Assembly: GCA_963675665.1 (NCBI GenBank)
Contig: OY776510.1
Location: 1,696,001-1,760,000, forward strand
Length of the DNA stretch: 64,000 bases
Source: Spirochaetia bacterium
Lineage (GTDB): Bacteria > Spirochaetota > Spirochaetia > UBA9216
Reading direction: 5' to 3'
The translations under genes were made by a program, and so were the position numbers. Within the stretch, counting starts at the first letter, position 1, and each line of letters opens with the position of its first letter. Shown here piece after piece: positions 49,684 through 59,124 of this stretch. Below the pieces are notes generated by a model, which had not been told where the DNA came from, made no database searches, and was given only the letters and a program-made list of their open reading frames with translations.

Positions 49684-50619
49684 ATGAAAAAGATTTTTAT
49701 TTTATTGGTAATGCTTACATTGATAGTTTTTGGACTCTCGGCAAACGGCAAGAGTGAAGGTCCCGGGGGAATGAAAGTCGGAATGACTATACAGGACCTG
49801 AACAATCAGGTTTGGGCCTCAAGAGCAGTTGCCTTAAAAGCAAAGATTGAAGGCAATGGCGGCAGCTTTACTTATGTAGGTTGTGATAATAATGCGTCAA
49901 AACAGATTAGCCAGATTGAAAACTTTGTTTCAGCCGGCGTAGATATCATTATGGTTCATCCTGCGGACGATAGCGCCATAAATGCAGCTTTGACAAATGT
50001 TCCTGATAATATCAAGGTATTTGTATACGACAGTGATCTTGAAAACGGTGATGTACGTTTTCTGCTTGATAATTATGAAGCCGGTAAACTCATAGGAAAG
50101 ATGGCCGCGGAATGGATTAATGAAAAACTCGGCGGAAAGGCTGAAGTAGCAATTATAAACTGGCCTCAGCTGGAGATTCTTCTGGAAAGAGAGAACGGGA
50201 TAAGGGATTCGCTTGCAGCAATCTCCCCGAATGCAAAAGTTGTTGCGGCTGCTCCGGCTCTTACTCCTGCCGATGCGATTACTGCAGTAGAAACAATGCT
50301 TCAGGCTCATCCGAATATTCAGATTGTCTGTTCTATCGGAGGCGGCGGTGCTGCCGGTGCCAATGAGGCTTTCAAGGCTGCCGGAATGCTTAACGACAAG
50401 GTCGGGGTATTTGCATCAGATGCTACCACGCCTGAACTTCAGGCTATGGTTAACGGTGAGGCTTGCCGTTTTTCAATAATGTATACAGGAACTTCCGATG
50501 ATGCTGCTGAACTTATATATGGATGGCTTGATAAAATGTACAAGGGCGAAGCTATAGACAGCAGAGTCTACCATGTATTTGTTTCTGTAACACCTGAAAA
50601 CGCCAAGGATTATATGTAA
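49684..50619 (+). CDS. sugar ABC transporter substrate-binding protein
   Basis: signal peptide 'SANGKSE', 'KQISQIENF', 'DNYEAG'. Confidence 0.9.
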   Translation: MKKIFILLVMLTLIVFGLSANGKSEGPGGMKVGMTIQDLNNQVWASRAVALKAKIEGNGGSFTYVGCDNNASKQISQIENFVSAGVDIIMVHPADDSAINAALTNVPDNIKVFVYDSDLENGDVRFLLDNYEAGKLIGKMAAEWINEKLGGKAEVAIINWPQLEILLERENGIRDSLAAISPNAKVVAAAPALTPADAITAVETMLQAHPNIQIVCSIGGGGAAGANEAFKAAGMLNDKVGVFASDATTPELQAMVNGEACRFSIMYTGTSDDAAELIYGWLDKMYKGEAIDSRVYHVFVSVTPENAKDYM

Positions 50620-50633
50620 AATCTTTTTATGGG

Positions 50634-50659
50634 GGAGGATGATTTGATCATCCTCCTTT
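50634..50659 (+). terminator. intercistronic hairpin after the binding-protein gene
   Basis: GGAGGATGAT-TTG-ATCATCCTCC-TTT. Confidence 0.55.
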
Positions 50660-50686
50660 CTATTTTATACTGTGGAGATCGGAATT

Positions 50687-52213
50687 ATGCCGGAAACTAT
50701 AACGCCATGTCTTCAATTAAATGAAATCACAAAAATATATCCGGGAGTAGTTGCACTGGATAATGTATCATTTGAAGTTCTGCCGGGAGAAATTCATGCC
50801 CTGGTAGGAGAAAACGGAGCGGGAAAATCTACTCTTATAAAAACATGCTCGGGCGCTGAAATACCAAGTCAGGGTGAAATAGTTGTTAATGGAAAAGAAT
50901 TCAGTTCCATGACGCCGAAAATATCCGAGGAAAACGGTATCGCAGTCATTTATCAGGAATTTAATCTTGTAGGCGAACTGAGTGTTGCCGAGAATATTTT
51001 TCTCGGCAGAGCCCTTCGTAAAGGTATAGTTATTAATATGCCTGCCATGATCGCGGAATCCGAAAGAATTTTTAAACAGTTTGAGATAGATATTGATCCT
51101 ACCGGGCTGGTAAAGAACCTTACTGTCGGATATCAGCAGATAGTGGAGATAGCCAAGGCTATTTCGCTGAAAGCCAGGATCCTTATTATGGATGAGCCGA
51201 CTGCACCCCTGACAAAAGGCGAAACCGAACATCTGTTCAGCATGGTCGAAAAGCTTAAAAAATCAGGGGTTACAATTATTTACATTTCACACCGTATGGA
51301 TGAAATTTTTCGGCTCGCCGATCGGATAACCGTACTCAGGGACGGAAAAAAGATAGCAACACTGAATAAGAAAGATACAAATCTGGACGGGCTTGTAAAA
51401 TTGATGGTAGGGCGTGAGCTAACAGAAACATTTCCCGAAAGAAAAAATTATATCAAAGAAGAAGTGCTGCTTGAGGTTGAAGGTCTTTCCGGCAACGGAG
51501 TGAAGGATATCAGCTTCAAGGTCAGAAAGGGAGAAGTGCTTGGTTTTGCAGGCCTTGTGGGGGCAGGACGCACCGAAGTGGCGGAACTACTATTCGGATA
51601 TAAGCCGATTGAGAAGGGAGAGATCAGGTTTAAAGGCAAAAAGTTTCTGCCTGTCTCGCCCAGGCATGCAATAGATAACGGTATAGCGCTGTTGCCTGAA
51701 GATCGAAAAAAGCTGGGGGCACTGCTGGATTTTGATATCAAGGGTAATATAAGCAGCGCAATACTTCCGAGAATTTCCAGACTTTCAGTTGTAAATAAAA
51801 GAATAGAATCTGAAAAAGCTGAATATTATAAAAAAAGCATAAGGATTAAGGCTCCTGATCTTTTCGAAAAGATGAAGAACCTCAGCGGCGGAAACCAGCA
51901 GAAGGTCATTATTGCAAAGTGGCTTGCTTCGGAACCGGAATTGATAATCTTTGATGAACCGACCCGCGGTATAGACGTAGGTGCAAAGTATGAAATTTAT
52001 AAACTGATGAACGCCCTTGTTGAGCAGGGCCATACAATTCTGATGATCTCTTCAGAGATGGAAGAAGTCATGGGAATGTCCGATCGAATTATTGTTCTTT
52101 CCGAAGGCAGAAAAACAGGAGAACTGGAAAAGTCGGAATTCAGCCAGGAAAAAATACTTAACCTGGCATCGATAATTGAGGTCAGTAACAATATAGGAGA
52201 AGCAGTTTTATGA
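50687..52213 (+). CDS. sugar ABC transporter ATP-binding protein
   Basis: 'GENGAGKST', 'LSGGNQQK', 'DEPTRGIDVGAK'. Confidence 0.95.
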   Translation: MPETITPCLQLNEITKIYPGVVALDNVSFEVLPGEIHALVGENGAGKSTLIKTCSGAEIPSQGEIVVNGKEFSSMTPKISEENGIAVIYQEFNLVGELSVAENIFLGRALRKGIVINMPAMIAESERIFKQFEIDIDPTGLVKNLTVGYQQIVEIAKAISLKARILIMDEPTAPLTKGETEHLFSMVEKLKKSGVTIIYISHRMDEIFRLADRITVLRDGKKIATLNKKDTNLDGLVKLMVGRELTETFPERKNYIKEEVLLEVEGLSGNGVKDISFKVRKGEVLGFAGLVGAGRTEVAELLFGYKPIEKGEIRFKGKKFLPVSPRHAIDNGIALLPEDRKKLGALLDFDIKGNISSAILPRISRLSVVNKRIESEKAEYYKKSIRIKAPDLFEKMKNLSGGNQQKVIIAKWLASEPELIIFDEPTRGIDVGAKYEIYKLMNALVEQGHTILMISSEMEEVMGMSDRIIVLSEGRKTGELEKSEFSQEKILNLASIIEVSNNIGEAVL

Positions 52214-53166
52214 TTAATATAAAAACACAACTGAAGACATACGGTATTTACCTGGTATTTTTGGTTCTCGTAGTTTTTTTTGCAATAGCATCACCAAGTT
52301 TCCTGAAAACCGGGAATTTATTAAATGTTGCCAGACAGATCTCAATGATGGGGATTGCTGCAGTGGGAATGACGTTCGCTTTATTGCTCGGCGGTATAGA
52401 TTTGTCCATTGGTTCACAAATAACCCTGGTAAATATCGTAACAGCCTGGCTTATGGTCAACGGCGGAGTCAACCCGGTTCTTGCAACTATCATTGCTCTT
52501 GCAATGAGTTCGGGTATCGGTTTCTTTAACGGTTGGGTTATAGCCAATATCAAGATTCCTCCGATTATCGTAACCCTGAGCATGATGATTATTATTGAGG
52601 GACTGGCCTCCGTAATATGTCAGGGATTACCCATATTCGGGTTCCCCCAATCCTTTACTGTAATAGGGCAGGGGTATCTCGGCCCTATTCCGATACCGGT
52701 TATCATAATGGTTGTAATATTGTTTATTGGTTCCTTTATTTTAAACAAAACGTATTTCGGAAGATACTTTTACGCAGTCGGCGGTAATGCGGAAGCTTCG
52801 AATCTTTCGGGTATCAATGTAAACCGTGTAAATTATCTCGTTTATACTTTATCCGGTCTTTTTTCAGGGATTGCAGGTATAGTGATGCTTTCACGGACCA
52901 ATTCAGGGCAGGTCCTTTCAGGCAAGGGTTTTGAATTCGAAGTTTTAACGGCCTGTGTTATCGGCGGAGTCAGCGTCGTTGGAGGCGTAGGTAAAATATC
53001 CAATGTAGTAGCTGGACTGCTGATTCTGGGTGTTCTCAGCAACGGATTAATTCTTTTAAATGTCAGTCAGTTTACCCAGATGGTAATTAAAGGAAGCGTA
53101 CTGCTTCTGGCTGTAGCTTTCGACAGTATCCAGAGGAACCAGACTATTGTTTCCGCTAAAGAATAA
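52210..53166 (+). CDS. sugar ABC transporter permease
   Basis: 'GGIDLSIG', 'YAVGGNAEASNLSG'. Confidence 0.95.
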   Translation: MINIKTQLKTYGIYLVFLVLVVFFAIASPSFLKTGNLLNVARQISMMGIAAVGMTFALLLGGIDLSIGSQITLVNIVTAWLMVNGGVNPVLATIIALAMSSGIGFFNGWVIANIKIPPIIVTLSMMIIIEGLASVICQGLPIFGFPQSFTVIGQGYLGPIPIPVIIMVVILFIGSFILNKTYFGRYFYAVGGNAEASNLSGINVNRVNYLVYTLSGLFSGIAGIVMLSRTNSGQVLSGKGFEFEVLTACVIGGVSVVGGVGKISNVVAGLLILGVLSNGLILLNVSQFTQMVIKGSVLLLAVAFDSIQRNQTIVSAKE

Positions 53167-53321
53167 AGGTTTTCTATGATTGTTAATAATTCTGAATGAT
53201 ATCAAACAAACCGTGAAAGACAGAATTTTTTTGTCAGGTTAATGTTTCATAGTGTTCTGGATTTATCGTCCATAAATATTCTTTATTAAATACTCGACAT
53301 CAATACCAGTAAAAGGAAAAT

Positions 53322-54797
53322 ATGGAGACAGGTATGAAATTGGTAAAACTATCAAAAGATCTGCTTAATGAATTGGATAATAATGTTGAAATACCTCATT
53401 ATTCTCTGGAAACCAAGGCTAATATTATACTTCATCTGGGAGTCGGGAACTTTCACAGGTCTCACCAGGCTTATTACCTGAACAAAATGCTGCAGACGAA
53501 TTCCGTTGAATGGAGTATTTGCGGAGCCGGACTTCTACCGCAGGATAAAAAAATGAAAGTAGCCCTAAAAGCGCAGAATTTTCTATATACCCTTGTCACA
53601 CAGGAATTGAGAGAAGAAAATGTAACTGTAATTGGTTCGATAAGGGATTTTATTCATATTCCTTCTGAATTTGATAAATTTAAGGAAGTCTGTATTAGTG
53701 AGAATCTTAAAATAGTCTCTTTAACAATTACGGAAAAGGGGTATTGTTTTGATAACAATATGAATCTGGATTTAGATAATGAAAGTATAAAACATGATTT
53801 GTTCCGGATGGATGAAATCTCTATAAGTGCTATTGGAGTTCTGGCCTCTGGCCTAAAACAGAGAATGCTGAACGGCTCTGCTCCAGTTACGGTTATGTCC
53901 TGCGATAATATCCCTGAGAACGGATCTGTTTTAAAGAGAATACTTTTTCAGTATGTTGAGCAATTAAACGATAAGGAACTGCTTGATTATTTAAACCGAT
54001 CTGTTTCATTTCCCTGCACGATGGTGGACAGGATTACGCCTACAACAACCGAAGAGAAAAAAAACTATCTTGAATCACAATATGGCATCAAGGATGCCGT
54101 TCCCGTTTTTTCCGAGAAGTTTGTTCAATGGGTTATAGAGGATGATTTTAAATCTGGACGACCCGATTGGGAAATGGCCGGAGTCACTTTTGTGGATGAT
54201 GTTAGACCTTTTGAGTTGATGAAGATTCGCCTGCTTAACGGCGGGCATTCTGCTTTATCTTACCTTTCTCTTCTTGCCGGACACTATTATGTTGATGATG
54301 CCATGAATGATGAGTATATCAGGAATTTTGTCTTCAGTTATATGAATGAGCTGAAAACAACTCTTAATTCAATCGAAGCCGTGGATTATGATGAATATAT
54401 TCAGAATTTATTGCGAAGGTTTGCTAATCCTGCAGTCAGAGACAGGCTTCTCAGGCTTGCAGAAGATGGGTCTACCAAATTTTTAAATTGTACCATTGGT
54501 CCGCTTCTTACACTTCTTGAAAGAGGTGAACGAGTTCCAAATATCACCATAGCTCTCGCAGCATGGATAGTATACCTTCATCGATCGGTCGGTAACAAGG
54601 ATTTTGAAGTCAAGGATCCGATTGCAGCAAAATTGCAAAAGGCTGCAATTGATTCACAGGCAAATATTTCCGAATTTCTGGCGATTCAGGAGGTGTTTCC
54701 AAAAGAGATATTTCAATATGTAGATTTTATTGACCAATTAAGGAATATGATCGGGAAAATAAATGAAGAAGGAATAAAAAAAATCTTCGGAAATTGA
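53322..54797 (+). CDS. mannitol dehydrogenase family protein (UxuB/MtlK-like)
   Basis: 'HLGVGNFHRSHQA', 'TITEKGY', 'SCDN', 'MVDRITP', 'KIRLLNGGH'. Confidence 0.9.
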   Translation: METGMKLVKLSKDLLNELDNNVEIPHYSLETKANIILHLGVGNFHRSHQAYYLNKMLQTNSVEWSICGAGLLPQDKKMKVALKAQNFLYTLVTQELREENVTVIGSIRDFIHIPSEFDKFKEVCISENLKIVSLTITEKGYCFDNNMNLDLDNESIKHDLFRMDEISISAIGVLASGLKQRMLNGSAPVTVMSCDNIPENGSVLKRILFQYVEQLNDKELLDYLNRSVSFPCTMVDRITPTTTEEKKNYLESQYGIKDAVPVFSEKFVQWVIEDDFKSGRPDWEMAGVTFVDDVRPFELMKIRLLNGGHSALSYLSLLAGHYYVDDAMNDEYIRNFVFSYMNELKTTLNSIEAVDYDEYIQNLLRRFANPAVRDRLLRLAEDGSTKFLNCTIGPLLTLLERGERVPNITIALAAWIVYLHRSVGNKDFEVKDPIAAKLQKAAIDSQANISEFLAIQEVFPKEIFQYVDFIDQLRNMIGKINEEGIKKIFGN

Positions 54798-54872
54798 ATT
54801 GCTATAAAATTCCGGTACAACCGGTTTTAAGGTTTCACTGGTATTCTTAATATTTTTTTGTGATCGCAAAGA

Positions 54873-54889
54873 ACTTTACAATGCAAAGT
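54873..54889. promoter_or_regulatory. ACTTT-N7-AAAGT palindrome, candidate operator
   Basis: ACTTTACAATGCAAAGT; related sites at 55913-55946. Confidence 0.55.
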
Positions 54890-54910
54890 AAAAGTGATAG
54901 AATCAACTGG

Positions 54911-55513
54911 ATGGATATAGAAAAAGCAGTGGATCAGATTTCTGAAATTCACAAACATCTCGCAAAATCCGAAATTTTTTACGGATATAAACCCGGAGCG
55001 CTTTTTGCTGTAGGTATTGTTGCATTTTTGGTTGCTGCTCTGCAAACCTGGCTGATTGTCCCGGTCAATGAAATAGTCTTTTTGCTGCAATGGATGATTG
55101 TTGCCGGAATAATCATAATAATAATGGGCGGCAATATTACTTATAACTACCTGAAAAGCGGCAGCAACTTTGAAATACATCAGATGACAAAGGTTTTTCT
55201 TCAATTTGTACCAAGTTTGGCCGGAGGTTTTATAATAACTGCCGTGATGCTGTCATTACAGAATCCCGCGATCGAATTTCTTCCCGGAATCTGGGCTATT
55301 TTGTTCAGTCTCGGTATTTTCTCAATGCGGCCGTATCTTCCGCGTATTATTGGTTTTGTTTCACTGTTTTACCTTCTTGCGGGTGCGGTATTACTGAGCC
55401 TGGTAAAAATTGATCTTGGTTTTTCGCCCTGGGGACTTGGTCTGACTTTCGGCATAGGACACCTTTTTACAGCACTGGTTCTTTATCTGGATATTGAAAG
55501 GATTGTAAAATGA
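54911..55513 (+). CDS. hypothetical integral membrane protein
   Basis: about six hydrophobic segments; overlaps the HTH gene start (ATG/TGA coupling). Confidence 0.7.
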   Translation: MDIEKAVDQISEIHKHLAKSEIFYGYKPGALFAVGIVAFLVAALQTWLIVPVNEIVFLLQWMIVAGIIIIIMGGNITYNYLKSGSNFEIHQMTKVFLQFVPSLAGGFIITAVMLSLQNPAIEFLPGIWAILFSLGIFSMRPYLPRIIGFVSLFYLLAGAVLLSLVKIDLGFSPWGLGLTFGIGHLFTALVLYLDIERIVK

Positions 55514-55890
55514 AAAACTCTGATAATGGCGGCGGCCGGTTCGCGTATGAGGGGCTCGACAGGCTTATGCATGAAAAGGCCCGTTTAAGCATTATGACAT
55601 CGCTGTATACAAAAAGAGACGGCCATAATTTCAATGAACTGAAAAAACTGTGTACACTTACCGATGGGAATCTCAGCCGGCACATCAGTATTCTTAAAGA
55701 TGCCGGGCTTATAAAAGTAATTAAGGGATACGAAAAGAATAAACCCAATACAATCTGCCGGTTAACTGAAGAGGGGAGAAACAGGTTCCGGGAATATTTG
55801 AGCGAGCTTGAAAGAATCATAAAGGATGTTTCGGCTGCAGGAAGATATTCCGAGGCTGTAAACGAGCAGCATGGTATTTCGTCGGCATAG
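55510..55890 (+). CDS. winged-helix transcriptional regulator (HTH_34/MarR-ArsR-like)
   Basis: 'LDRLMHEKARLSIMTSL', 'LTDGNLSRH', 'LTEEGR'. Confidence 0.85.
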   Translation: MKNSDNGGGRFAYEGLDRLMHEKARLSIMTSLYTKRDGHNFNELKKLCTLTDGNLSRHISILKDAGLIKVIKGYEKNKPNTICRLTEEGRNRFREYLSELERIIKDVSAAGRYSEAVNEQHGISSA

Positions 55891-55912
55891 GAGCATTATT
55901 TTTTATATACAA

Positions 55913-55946
55913 ACTTTATTGTTTAAAGTACGTTGTATTGCAAAGA
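55913..55946. promoter_or_regulatory. tandem ACTTT-N7-AAAG sites upstream of dxr
   Basis: ACTTTATTGTTTAAAGT and ACGTTGTATTGCAAAGA. Confidence 0.5.
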
Positions 55947-55957
55947 TGGGAGATTTG

Positions 55958-57211
55958 ATGGAGAATATTTTTCCGGCTGATTGTGAAAAAAGCTATTCAC
56001 GCCATAATAATCATGGCGTATTTACTGTTGAAGATCACGGTTCTGCGTGTGTGGATACAGGTCCTGTATTTACTCTCAATTCCTCTGTTTATAAAAAAAA
56101 TAACAAGAGAAAAATTGCTCTTCTCGGGGCTACCGGCTCAGTAGGCGGGAGTACTTTAAAAGTAATTAGAGAACATTGTGATGAACTGGAACTTATCGGA
56201 ATCGCAGCAGGCAGCAGAGGTGAAGCACTGGATACAATTGCAAGAGAATTCAATGTGCGTAATACAGCGCTTTTCAGCCGCGACGGGTTTGAAGGACTGG
56301 AAAGGCTTGCAACACTGCCTGAAGCAGATATCGTTCTTGTGGCAACAACAGGCACCGTGGCCCTGAGAGCTGTACTGGCGGCGCTTGCCGCCGGCAAGGA
56401 TGTAGCTCTTGCGAATAAAGAGACAATGGTGGTGGGCGGGCATCTGGTAAAGGCAGCCGAGCGTTTATCGCCGGGCCGTGTATATCCGATTGACAGCGAG
56501 CATAATGCAATCTTTCAATGCCTGGAAGGCAACAGGGCGCACGGAAATGTTCAGCGATTGCTGCTGACGGCCTCCGGAGGAGCCTTCAGGGATATACCGG
56601 CAGAAAAACTTCAGGATGTTACTGTAGAGGATGCGCTCAGGCACCCCAATTGGTCAATGGGACCCAAGATTACCGTCGATTGTGCAACAATGGCCAACAA
56701 GGGGCTGGAAATAATTGAAGCCTGCAGACTTTTTGATATGTCTCCCGACCAGATTGAAGTTGTTATTCACCCGCAGAGTATTGTTCACAGCATGGTGGAA
56801 TTTTGTGATAATACAATTCTTGCCCAGATGTCGCTGCCGTCAATGACGTTTGCTATTCAGCATATTCTTTTGTATCCGGAACGCAAACCAGGCGTATATG
56901 AAGCAATTGATTTCACAAAGGCGTTGTCGCTGGATTTCAGTCCGCCGGACATGGACCGTTATCCCTGTCTGCGCCTGGCTCGTGAGGCTTTGATAACCGG
57001 AGAAGCATTTCCCATGGTTTATAATACAGCAAATGAGGCTGCGGTTAATGCATTTCTGAACAGGAAGCTTCCGTTTTCTGCAATTCCCGGGATAATTGAA
57101 GATACGCTTGAATCTTTTACAGGGGAATTACCGAATAATGTAGAGGACCTGTTTGAAGCTGAAAAAGAGGTATACGTCAAGGTTAAAAGTATTATATGCA
57201 ATTATACCTGA
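55958..57211 (+). CDS. dxr: 1-deoxy-D-xylulose-5-phosphate reductoisomerase
   Basis: 'LGATGSVG', 'LANKE', 'PIDSEH', 'HPNWSMGPKIT', 'NKGLE', 'HPQSIVHS', 'ANE'; start uncertain. Confidence 0.9.
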   Translation: MENIFPADCEKSYSRHNNHGVFTVEDHGSACVDTGPVFTLNSSVYKKNNKRKIALLGATGSVGGSTLKVIREHCDELELIGIAAGSRGEALDTIAREFNVRNTALFSRDGFEGLERLATLPEADIVLVATTGTVALRAVLAALAAGKDVALANKETMVVGGHLVKAAERLSPGRVYPIDSEHNAIFQCLEGNRAHGNVQRLLLTASGGAFRDIPAEKLQDVTVEDALRHPNWSMGPKITVDCATMANKGLEIIEACRLFDMSPDQIEVVIHPQSIVHSMVEFCDNTILAQMSLPSMTFAIQHILLYPERKPGVYEAIDFTKALSLDFSPPDMDRYPCLRLAREALITGEAFPMVYNTANEAAVNAFLNRKLPFSAIPGIIEDTLESFTGELPNNVEDLFEAEKEVYVKVKSIICNYT

Positions 57212-58359
57212 TGTTTATTACTGAACATATTCTTTGCTATAATAACTTTCTGAATCTCGTTAGTCCCTTCGTAGATTTGACACAGCTTTGCATCCCGCAT
57301 CATTTTTTCAACAGGATGCTCTTTTGAATATCCTTCGCCGCCCATCACCTGGACAGCATCCTCTGTAATCTTCATCGCCTTGTCGGTTGCGTAATACTTT
57401 GCCATTGCGGAAAGCATTGCCTGATTATCAGTATTATGGTCCACTGCAGAGGCGGCATTCCATATTAGAAGCCTTGAAGCTTCGATCCCGGTCAGCATTT
57501 CGGCAAGTTTGAATGAGATGCCCTGGTTTTCGGTTACAGGTTTGCCGAATTGTATTCGGCTATGGGCCCATTGTGAAGCGTATTCCCAGGAGGCGCGGGC
57601 ATTGCCCAGGGCAAGAGCTGCTATGGAGATACGTGTTCTGTTAAAAGTCTCCATTGCAGTTCTGAAACCGATGCCTTCGGAACCAATTAAAAAATCAACG
57701 GGAACCTCTGCATTTGTATATTCTATTTCATTTTGAACAGCCGCGCGTTGTCCCATCTTTTCCATCCGGCTGATGATTTTTATGCCCGGAGTGTCGGTCG
57801 GTAAAAAGAACGCGCTGATGCCTCGGGCTCCCTGTTGCGGATCTGTTTTTGCAAAGACTGTATGAAACCCGGCGATTTCTCCGTTAGTTATGAATCTTTT
57901 TCGGCCGTTGAGAATGTATGAACTGCCTTTCCTTATTGCTGTTGATTTAAGCCCGCTGATATCGGAACCGGCGTCAGGCTCTGTCAGGCAGAAGGCCCCG
58001 ATTAACCGGTTTTCAATAATATTTCTGAAAAGCCTTTTTTTCTGTTGTTCTCCGCCTGAAAGCAGAACGGGAAGCAATGCAAGCATGTGGGTATCTATTG
58101 TTATTCCCATACCGACGCATCCTGCGCCAAGTTCTTCGGAGCCTATAGCGGACTGAACGAAAGTTAAGCCGCCCCCGCCGTATTCCTTCGGCAGCGGTCC
58201 GTTAAATATTCCTGAATCCCATGCCCTTGACATTACTTCATAGGGAAATGTGCCTTCCCGGTCATGAAGCATTCTTGACGGTATAATATATTTATCTGAG
58301 AAAGCCCTGAATTTATTTTTGACTTCAAGCTGTGCATCCGAGAAAGAGAGATTTATCAT
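57202..58359 (-). CDS. acyl-CoA dehydrogenase
   Basis: 'FCLTEPDAGSD', 'LNGRKRFITNG', 'QVMGGEGY', 'IYEGTNEIQ'. Confidence 0.95.
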   Translation of the reverse strand: MINLSFSDAQLEVKNKFRAFSDKYIIPSRMLHDREGTFPYEVMSRAWDSGIFNGPLPKEYGGGGLTFVQSAIGSEELGAGCVGMGITIDTHMLALLPVLLSGGEQQKKRLFRNIIENRLIGAFCLTEPDAGSDISGLKSTAIRKGSSYILNGRKRFITNGEIAGFHTVFAKTDPQQGARGISAFFLPTDTPGIKIISRMEKMGQRAAVQNEIEYTNAEVPVDFLIGSEGIGFRTAMETFNRTRISIAALALGNARASWEYASQWAHSRIQFGKPVTENQGISFKLAEMLTGIEASRLLIWNAASAVDHNTDNQAMLSAMAKYYATDKAMKITEDAVQVMGGEGYSKEHPVEKMMRDAKLCQIYEGTNEIQKVIIAKNMFSNKHQV

Positions 58360-58366
58360 GTCCGGG

Positions 58367-58948
58367 TTATTCCTTTTTTTTGCCTCTGAATTTATTTCCG
58401 GACAACAGCATGCTGTCGCCGCCTTTTATAAGGGAAAAGATGCCGGTTACCAGAAGAAAAATACCGAACGCAAGAAGTGTGAATTTTATTAGCGTAATAA
58501 TATTCAGGACTGAAGCTGCCGCCGGATACTCCGAAGGCAGCAGCCTGTATAAAACAACGAGTATTAAATTCTCAACATAATCAAATAAAGCGGCTGAAAA
58601 CGGAATTGCCAGTATCCAGCGGTAATTATCAATTTCAGTATATTTTTTCCGGTAAATCATGCTGCATAAAACAGACAGCCCGAATGCGTATGCGGCGGGA
58701 AAAATAAAGTCGAGCATTCGTATCAGGAAATAAACATCTGCAGCATTTCCAAAACTGTGCAGTCTTTCATACGCAAAATCAGCTGTAAACCATACTGACA
58801 TATCCAGCAGGGTGCCGCCGGTAGCATCGACAAAGCGGGGAAGCATTGCATTAAAGCCTGTTTCTATTGCAATGATGAGTACGGCAAAAATCAGCACTGT
58901 GCTCAGTCGTGTAATTCGTGAAATGAAATTGGTAAGGTGCCTAATCAT
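58367..58948 (-). CDS. hypothetical membrane protein
   Basis: four hydrophobic segments; 'LDFIFP', 'FDYVEN'. Confidence 0.7.
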   Translation of the reverse strand: MIRHLTNFISRITRLSTVLIFAVLIIAIETGFNAMLPRFVDATGGTLLDMSVWFTADFAYERLHSFGNAADVYFLIRMLDFIFPAAYAFGLSVLCSMIYRKKYTEIDNYRWILAIPFSAALFDYVENLILVVLYRLLPSEYPAAASVLNIITLIKFTLLAFGIFLLVTGIFSLIKGGDSMLLSGNKFRGKKKE

Positions 58949-59124
58949 GATTTTATTTTAATAATTGAATGCTCTTCAATCAATATGTTAAACCTGTAAT
59001 ACTGATTTCTTTGCAGGCCAATTAAAAGTTGAAGTTGATAGTCGTTATTGTGTTATTTGTGCGTGGTATTGCACAAATGACCATTGTGGGTTACTATCCA
59101 TAAAAATAATTAGCTGGAGGTTAC

